A stretch of 38,171 bases of DNA from Octopus bimaculoides. Taxonomy: Eukaryota. Below are positions 22,151 through 30,244 of the stretch, one piece after another. How positions within the stretch are numbered: position 1 is the stretch's first letter; each line of letters starts with the position of its first letter. The DNA is taken from positions 158,440,573 through 158,478,743 of the forward strand of contig NC_068983.1 in the NCBI RefSeq assembly GCF_001194135.2, given 5' to 3'. The position numbers and the translations under genes are program-made. Below the pieces are notes generated by a model. It saw only the letters and a program-made list of their open reading frames with translations. It was not told the DNA's origin and searched no databases.

Positions 22151-22560
22151 GGCCAGAAAAGATGTGATTTGTGACAGCTGAAAATTGTCTTATTCCTATT
22201 GATGCAATAATGAAAATGTGATGCAAAGGTGTAAAACTGAGAAAGAGATGATTACAGTTCGCTGAAGGTTCACCAGATTTTATAGGCAATTCACCCCTTG
22301 CACGTCGGACTTAAGTCATAAATATCTACACACACGCACACACTTACTCATGAACAAACGTATTGGCGTACATGTTATCTGTTGTAAGCCAGTTGGATTC
22401 AAATCTTGGTGGATTGATTAGCGAGGATGATGTGGGTTACATTGGTTTAAATGTTAGTGATGGTGATGGTGGTAGTGGGACATTGTTGGTATTGTAGTAG
22501 TTATACTGTTTTTGCTATTTGTATTGCTGTGGCTGTTTAGTCTCAGGTTAATCCTCATAG

Positions 22561-22956
22561 AATGTGGAGGCGTAATGGCCCAGTGGTTAGGGCAGCGGAC
22601 TCGCGGTCATAGGATCGCGGTTTCGATTCCCAGACCGGGCATTGTGAGTGTTTATTGAGCGAAAACACTTAAAGCTCCACGAGGCTTCGGCAGGGGATGG
22701 TGGCGAACCCTGCTGTACTCTTCCATCACAACTTTCTCTCACTCTTACTTCCTGTTTCTGTTGTACTTGTAATTCAAAGGGTCAGCCTTGTCACACTCTG
22801 TGTCACGTCGAATCTCCCCGAGAACTATGTTATGGGTGCACGTGTCTGTGGAGTGCTCAGCCACTTGCACGTTAGTCTCACGAGCAGACTGTTCCGTTGA
22901 TCGGATAAACTGGAACCCTCGACGTCGTAAGCGACGGAGTGCCAACAACGGCAACA
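22561..22956 (+). mobile_element. Full-length young tRNA-derived CORE-type SINE with 11-bp TSD
   Basis: A box TGGCCCAGTGG, B box GGTTTCGATTCCC, (CAA)-like tail. Perfect TSD AATCCTCATAG at 22550-22560 and 22957-22967. Confidence 0.92.
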
Positions 22957-23094
22957 AATCCTCATAGGCCTAAGATAAAATATATTTCATTCAATTTTTA
23001 AAATACATTAAAATATCACCGTATGTTATTTGAAATGGATTTGCTTATCTACTTCATACTATTTATTTATCACTGGTGTTGGTGGTGGTTGCAA

Positions 23095-23440
23095 CACACA
23101 CGCACACATACATACATATGTACACAACATTCATAGATATGTGTGTGTGTGCGCGCGTGTGTGTATCTGTATATCTGTGTATGTATGCACATATATGTGT
23201 GTGTGTGTGCGCGCGCGCGTGCGTGCGTCTGTATATCTGTGTATGTATGCATATATATATGTGTGTGTGTGTGTGTGTGCGCGTGTGTGTGTCTGTGTGT
23301 GTCTGTGTATGTGTGTATGTGTGTGCGTGCGTGTGAGTGCGTTTGTGTATCTGTGTGTGTATGCATATATGTGTGTGTATGTGTACCCACATTATGTACG
23401 TGGTATATACATGTGCGTATGGGTGTGCATGCATGTGTGT
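23095..23440. repeat. Complex (GT)/(AT)/(GC) microsatellite tract
   Basis: Read directly. Confidence 0.9.
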
Positions 23441-23667
23441 AACGTGAGGATAGTTTTTCAAATCGGTAATTCTATCCTTTAATGCTAAATAAAGCGCAAG
23501 TGGCCACCGAGCTAAGAAGAAAGTGAAGTTTTAAATCGTTAACAATTTAAAACTATGCAATACGAGTCTCCGCAAGAGCGAAATTACAGACTGTATCCCG
23601 AAATTAACTTCCATAGGCACGAAATTCCGTAACGGGAGGTATCCGTAGCGCGGGGGATATCAGTGTA

Positions 23668-24063
23668 TTTTTTTATCTTTTAGTTGTTTCAGTCACTAGA
23701 TTGTAGCCATGCTGGGGCACTACGTTGAAGGATTTTAGTCGAACGAATCGACCTCAGTACTTACTCTATCGGTCACTTTTGCCGATCTGCAAAATTACGC
23801 GGACGTAAAGACACCAATACCGGTTGCCAAACGCGGATGGGGGACAAACACGGACACAAATACACACACATGCACATACACATACACGCACGCACGCGCA
23901 CACATGATGGGATTCTTTCAGTTTCCGTTTACTAAATCCATTCACAAGTCCTTGGTCGGCCCCAGGCTCTAGCAGAAGACATTTACCTAAAGTACCATAC
24001 AGTGAGACTGATCCCGGAACCACGTAGCTCGGAAGTAAGTTTCTTACCACACAACCACGCCTA
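23668..24063 (-). mobile_element. tRNA-headed SINE with internal microsatellite
   Basis: Reverse-complement homolog of 10833-11265; head AGGCGTGGTTGTGTGGTAAG. Confidence 0.85.
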
Positions 24064-24295
24064 TATATATGTGTATGTGTGTGTATGTGTGTGCGTGTGT
24101 ATGTATGTATATATGTATGTAATGTATGTGTATATGTATGTGCGTGTGTGTGTAAGTATGTATGTATATATATGTGTGTGTGTGTAGGTATATATGTATA
24201 TATGTATGTGTGTGTATGCATGTGTGTGTGTAGAAATGTACGTATGTGTGTAGGTGCGCGCGCCCGTATATGTGTGTGCGCGCGCGCACGTGTCT
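24064..24295. repeat. Complex (TATG)/(TG) tract
   Basis: Read directly. Confidence 0.9.
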
Positions 24296-25684
24296 GAGTA
24301 TAATTTTGATATCTGAGTAATTGAAAACCTGCTTGTTGTTTCCGAAGTGGTATTGATCCATATATAATCTCAACAATTGAACTAAATGATATACACAACA
24401 TGCTCTGAAAGAAGAAATTGCTATAAAAACGAGTACCGCGTCTTATGTATTATTTCAGGACACATAATGAAGTGCACTATGTTTTCTCATAGCTACGCAA
24501 CAGTTAAGGGTCTCATTAGACATGACACATTTGATTTACAGGATAAGCTGCTGATTAGCTACACGTTTGGTTTGGAAGATTAACTTCCACTTACTTCTAA
24601 GCAATCTGATTATATTGTAGTAGGGCGCACGGAAACTGTCGCGAATAAGCAAACATTTAGATCAGTTTTTATAGGTTTGGGATATATCATATATGGCCCG
24701 TACAAAGGCCGTTTTCGCTGTTGTTTACCGTTGGAAACGTTTCTCGCTTTAGGCAATAGGCGTTGAGAAACCCCAATGTTCACTTCAAGGCACTCTCGAT
24801 AGGAATCTGTAAATGCATTTCTAGTTCTCTACCATTAGCACAGTGTACCGCAAGAGAGATAACCTGGAGATGGCTTTGGAAACATCTGTTTCCTTATAGT
24901 AAACCAGCATCAAAACATAGGCTGATTATGCATCATGCAAGCCCCGGTTAAGCGTGTATAATATATTGTTGAGATAAGTACTTGCAAACATATAAGATGA
25001 ATACATACACACACACATACATACATACATACATACTTACATACATACATACTTACATATCCTTCATTTAAATGGCTCTGAGGAAGCTACAGGATGCCGT
25101 GCGAGCGCTCAGTTCTGAGTGCAGTGTTTCTGATAGCAGAAACAGCCCTAAGCTAATGAAAATGATTAAGTAACTCCTGTTCTTTTTTTGTTTGTTTTCT
25201 TTATGTCATTCATTTATTGATATTATGCCCTTTACTCACCTGACACTTTACTTTAAAGCATAAGTATACCGAGCTCTAACAAGTGGTTATTAGTATCAAT
25301 ATACCTTAGCGAAGTCATAAAATGCGCGCGCGTGCCTGTGTGAGACTGGTTCATTCCGCCTTACTTGAGGCCTGTTAATGCCGTGCATCCACTTGTCACT
25401 TACCAAGAGGTAAAGCGTGCTTCGATATATCGACAAGTTTTCCGCAATACCAGTGAGTATATTATTCACTGTTTCCTATATACCGAAAGGCGAATTTCAC
25501 TAATCAAATGTCAAGCGGGTGCGCAGCATTAGCAAGCACCAAGTAAGACGAGATGAAGCTGTTGTTCAAATGAGTCACTGCTGCAACGATGTTTACCTCG
25601 CTCTGCTTGGTATAGCCAATAACGTTGCACCGTTGTATTTAGTGGCTATTTAAGCAATGTGTTCGTTGATGATTAAGAGGTTAG

Positions 25685-25810
25685 ATGGATGCTGATGAAG
25701 GGACAAAAACTCTCGAAATATGGCCTATACGCCCCTTACCCTTTTTTCATCTTCGATCTCATTGTTTGTTTACATCTGACGTCTCGGATACGAAACGTCA
25801 CAACAAAAAT
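25685..25810 (+). ncRNA. Decayed hammerhead-ribozyme-like motifs, Penelope-type minimal HHR
   Basis: CTGATGA-A-GGGACAAAAACTCTC-GAAA-TATGGCCTAT-A at 25692-25728, with near-palindromic stem III. TGACGT-C...GAA-ACGTCA hairpin with GUC triplet at 25777-25800. Confidence 0.4.
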
Positions 25811-25813
25811 CAG

Positions 25814-26217
25814 TACTCTTTTACTCTTTTACTCTTTTTCTTGTTTCAGTCATTTGACTGTGGCCATGCTGGAGCACCGACTTTAGTCGAGCATATCGAC
25901 CCCAGGACTTATTCTTTGTAAGCCTTGTACTTATTCTATCGGTCTCTTTTGTCGAACCGCTAAGTTACGGGGACGTAAACACACCACCATCGGTTGCCAA
26001 GCGATGCTGGGGGGACAAACACAGACACACAAACATACACACACACACACATATATATATACATACATATATACGACGGGCTTCTTTCAGTTTCCGTCTA
26101 CCAAATCCACTCACAAAGCTTTGGTCGTCTCGAGGCTATAGTAGAAGACACTTGCCCAAGGTGCCACGCAGTGGGACTGAACCCAGAACCATGTGGTTGG
26201 TAGGCAAGCTACTTACT
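25814..26217 (-). mobile_element. Young tRNA-headed SINE with internal microsatellite, 5' end clipped
   Basis: Nearly identical to 26705-27199; tail of TACTCTT repeats. Confidence 0.9.
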
Positions 26218-26379
26218 ACTTCTATAGAATATTTGTAGAGATAACCTTAACGAGTGATATACATTGTGTTTTTAACACATATTTGCGAAGAGATTTTTCT
26301 CCGCACCATGATTTTCAGCGCTGTATATACATTTAGTATGACACAAAGAGGGTGATATCAGTATACATGAGCGCGCACA

Positions 26380-26393
26380 GACACACACACTCA

Positions 26394-26483
<90 letters not shown>
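26380..26483. repeat. (CA)n microsatellite
   Basis: Read directly. Confidence 0.95.
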
Positions 26484-26487
<4 letters not shown>

Positions 26488-26704
26488 CATATGCAACGTT
26501 AATTCTAACTCAGGCTTTTTATCAACCAAAGTAACAACTTACTGTAGAATGGAAAGAGGTACACCCACATATTTTCTCACTAAGACATCTTAGATTTGAA
26601 AACTTATCATTTTAAAGATTTTAAAGAATGTTCAAAGTATCGGGTCATCTTCATCCAACATTTGACGATCTGATTGGTCCATTCAACGTAAGAAGTTGTC
26701 TTAC

Positions 26705-26992
26705 TATTTATTTCTTTATTCTCTCTTTTACTTGTTTCAGTCATTTGACTGCGGCCATGCTGGAGCACCGACTTTAGTCGAGCAAATCGAATCCCACGAC
26801 TTATTCTTTGTAAGCCTAGAACTTATTCTATCGGTCTCTTTTTGCCGAACCGCTAAGTTACGGGGACGTAAACACACCAGCATCGGTTGTCAAGCGATAG
26901 TGGTGGACAAACACAGACACACAAACACACATACACACACACACGCACNNNNNNNNNNNNNNNNNNNNNNNNNNNNNNNNNNNNNNNNNNNN

Positions 26993-27035
<43 letters not shown>

Positions 27036-27199
27036 TACGACGGGCTTCTTTCAGTTTCCGTCTACCAAATCCACTCACAAGGCTTTGGTCGGCCTGAGGC
27101 TATAGTAGAAGACACTTGCCCAAGGTGCCACGCAGTAGACTGAACCCGGAACCATGTGGCTGGTAAGCAAGCTACTTACCACACAGCCACTCCTGCGCC
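26705..27199 (-). mobile_element. Full-length young tRNA-headed SINE with internal microsatellite; assembly gap inside
   Basis: Head GGCGCAGGAGTGGCTGTGTGGTAAG...GGTTCAGTCTACTGCG. Internal (TA)n/(TG)n spans N 26949-26992. Confidence 0.9.
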
Positions 27200-27202
27200 T
27201 AT

Positions 27203-27206
27203 AAAA
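27203..27206 (-). terminator. Pol III terminator (T4) downstream of the 5S copy
   Basis: TTTT on the minus strand, 7 nt past the predicted 5S 3' end. Confidence 0.6.
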
Positions 27207-27213
27207 GTGGGGG

Positions 27214-27333
27214 ACGCTGACAGCACCTAGGTTTCCCAAGCGGTCACCCATCTAAGTACTCACTAGGCTCGACGTTGCTTAACTTCGGTGATCGGACGAG
27301 AACCGGTGCTCTCAGCATGATATGACCGTAAGC
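27214..27333 (-). rRNA. 5S rRNA, full-length 120 nt dispersed copy (gene or young pseudogene)
   Basis: Minus strand GCTTACGGTCATATCATGCTGAGAGCACCGGTTCTCGTCCGATCACCGAAGTTAAGCAACGTCGAGCCTAGTGAGTACTTAGATGGGTGACCGCTTGGGAAACCTAGGTGCTGTCAGCGT. Box A/C regions and helices I-V are recognisable. Confidence 0.95.
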
Positions 27334-28736
27334 CATATATGTGTAATTTTACCTAACAAATAGATTGATTTCGGTATTTACAAGAATTCTTTCCTAATGT
27401 TTAACTAAAACGTTTCATTTCGAATCGTTTAATATTCAATCAGACAAAACGAAATGCATGCCGCATGTTTGTAGGAAGCTTGGAGAGGATTACTTCCAAT
27501 GATTTTAACGTTAACAGTTTGTTATGCTTTGCTTATATAAAATCACATAAAAGAAACTATTTGTGTAATATAAGATTACAAACGAGAAGAATATCCCCTT
27601 AGTCTTGATAACTACCTTGACAACAATCTTGATAACCAGTAAGCGAAGGAGACTCTACGTGGTCACTCAACGTGCTAAAAATATCAAGCAAATTTCCCTC
27701 AAATCAGAAAGAAAACATCTATTGGATGATGTGTTTCTAGATATAGGGAAAAGGGAGATAAAGGCTATGACGGAAACGTCTGTGATCATAGGACTGCTAA
27801 TGATATGTTGTGTTTCTTTAGAAAAAAACATAATATGATAAGGAATAACTTATCTCGGATAAGGCATACTTCACTCAACTTGTATATGAAGCTTTCTTGA
27901 TAGACAAGAGACATTGATCAGGCTCTGGTATACATTGACCAACATTAACAAGATATTACAAGCAATGAAAAGACAAAAATGCTTCGGATACATTTCATTG
28001 CTCTTGGTTTTCGAATATGGAGGGATCAGTCATGTGACTGAAGGAAATAATTTATATTTTCCTAGCAGTTAATCTTATTTCTCAATGCCCTACACCGCTT
28101 TTCTTCCGTATTTTCTTTGCAATATGGCCAGAAATAGGTAAAAAAATATAATCTTACTGAAATTTCATCCTGAAACCGTAACACAAGGAAATGTCTGAAA
28201 GATGATATCTTGAATGGATCTGAATGAAAGAATTCAAAGCTATACCTTGAATATTAATAAAATATTGTCATTAAAAAAAACTGCCTTACAAAGTATCTTG
28301 TGTCTTATACTCTAATATAACTAATAATAGCAATTAATCTTCAGCTCCGAGACATCCGCTTTTCGAGATGTTAATAACCGATTATCATTCTTTGATGTCC
28401 TTTTTATACTTCCAATTGCACGGTTGCCCCTCACGCGTACAACTTCTAGTATGTCGATATCGCCTGAATTATTACTTCTTCTATCACCTTCTCTCTCTTT
28501 CTCCCCCCTCTCTCTCTCTCATACGCATTTCCCACTTCCTCACACACGCCCCATTTTTACACACTCCCCACGTTTACTTAGACTCCTCGTTTTCTTCATC
28601 TGAGGAAGGAGTTGGTTTCTAACGACAAAAAAAAAAGAGAAAAAGAAAAACAAAGCTCCGTGGAATGTAGATTACAAAAGCAATGTCATATTTTAAACTC
28701 GAGAAAAATCTTGCATATTTTTACTGTTCCACTTAC

Positions 28737-28780
28737 AGACTGTATTTGTAATGTGCGAGTTAATCGGTTGATTTCTTTTT
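28737..28780 (-). CDS. Candidate 44-nt coding micro-exon (xKEINRLTRTLQIQS), host gene unknown
   Basis: GGTTTTCAG acceptor, GTAAGT donor, one open frame. No partner exons identified. Confidence 0.25.
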
Positions 28781-29901
28781 CTGAAAACCCTTAGCTTATT
28801 CAAATTGTCACCTAGGAAAACACTCACAAAACCAAGTGCACCAATTATATTATGGCATAAATGTGAATTTGAAATTTGGATATAGAAACAAGAGATTTCG
28901 AAGTAGTTGTCCTTTAGTTATCCGCTTTCTTTTTGATTTTCAAAGAGATATTCACGTCAGCAGAACAGCTGACCTCTAGGACGGTACATACTTTTTCTTG
29001 TTTGTTCCAAACAATATCCGGCCTCTGATGCTCACACTTAACAGATGACTATTCCCTGTGTTGGTATTTGTATACGTGTTTAATAACAGGAAGATTCTCT
29101 ATATTTATTCCAGGATTGTCTTTTTTCCGGAGGGAATTCTTTATTGTTTTTGCAACAACGTTGTGTCGCATAGGGAGATAGTACCTTGATGACAATTTGG
29201 GTAGCTGTTAACCGCGTATGATGTCTTCTACAGAAATATGACAACTCCAATGGTTGTCTCTTTTGTTTATTGGGTATTGCATAACAATCTCCTATTCTTC
29301 GACTGAAAATGCATAACGTTCGAAGTGTGATGTAGCGGTCACAAGTCCAAGGGTGGCTTCGCTTCATATTCATATTACTGTCTTCTTCCAGTCTTCGGAG
29401 AACATACCCATGCGTAGTCTTTCTTTCATATGTGTATAGATATACATGTATGAATGCATGAAAGTATATGCAGGCTTTCACTTCGTACACGCCAGCTCAA
29501 TTTGATTCGTTCTCAGTCGAAAGACGCCTGTTGTTATTTCTTGTTGCCTGTAATTGTAATTGTGTAACATGTTCTCCGTTTTTTTTTGTTTGTTTTTTTT
29601 TTTCTTTTGTTGCCGTACACATTTGCTAGCTTTCTTACAAAGGGGTCTAATGCTCTGAGCTTAGACTTTTTGTGGGACAACCAGATCGAACCATCTCAAG
29701 TGTAACTGCCCGAAATGGTCGTGACTTCTGGGACTTGACTGACGAAAGAAAGCCAAGAATGACCCGTCTTTTTTTTTTTGTTGTTTCTCTTGTCCGCCTN
29801 NNNNNNNNNNNNNNNNNNNNNNNNNNNNNNNNNNNNNNNNNNNNNNNNNNNNNNNNNNNNNNNNNNNNNNNNNNNNNNNNNNNNNNNNNNNNNNNNNNNN
29901 N

Positions 29902-29936
<35 letters not shown>

Positions 29937-29938
<2 letters not shown>

Positions 29939-30244
29939 AAATTCAGGAGGTATGAGATGAATATATTTATTTCACCAGTTGATATCCATCAGATTACGAT
30001 CGTTTCGCAGTCAATGTCAGATATTCTGTGATCTGAAGAGTAAGCCTTTTTTACTTGTATTATCATATAAATTGTGCAATAGTACTATATAATTTATAAC
30101 ATATATACTAATACAAACATGTAAAATGATTTATTATTCACTGAGGTGAATTATTTTTCTACGATGATGGCTGCGAAACGATAAGTAATTTTATAGATAT
30201 CAACTGGTGAAATATATATATTCATCTCATACCTCCTGAATTTC
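29937..30244. mobile_element. Inverted-repeat element, arms about 85 bp, each arm carrying a decayed minimal hammerhead motif
   Basis: AAATTCAGGAGGTATGAGATGAATATAT.TATTTCACCAGTTGATATC...ATCGTTTCGCAG at 29937-30010 has its reverse complement at 30171-30244. Confidence 0.8.

Noticed and set aside
22290-22330. Possible Tigger 5' TIR
   Set aside because: Only loose resemblance, and no partner TIR found near 20.5 kb.
22564-22640. tRNA gene
   Set aside because: The tRNA-like head lacks a proper acceptor stem and continues into a SINE body with tail and TSD. The same applies to the other SINE heads.
23600-23667. Possible DNA-transposon terminus (CCGTAGCGCGGGGGATATCAGTGTA)
   Set aside because: No matching second terminus found in the window.
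26949-29901. N-runs as biological features
   Set aside because: Assembly gaps adjoining (TA)n tracts. Structures next to them, including the 29.9 kb inverted repeat, need long-read confirmation.
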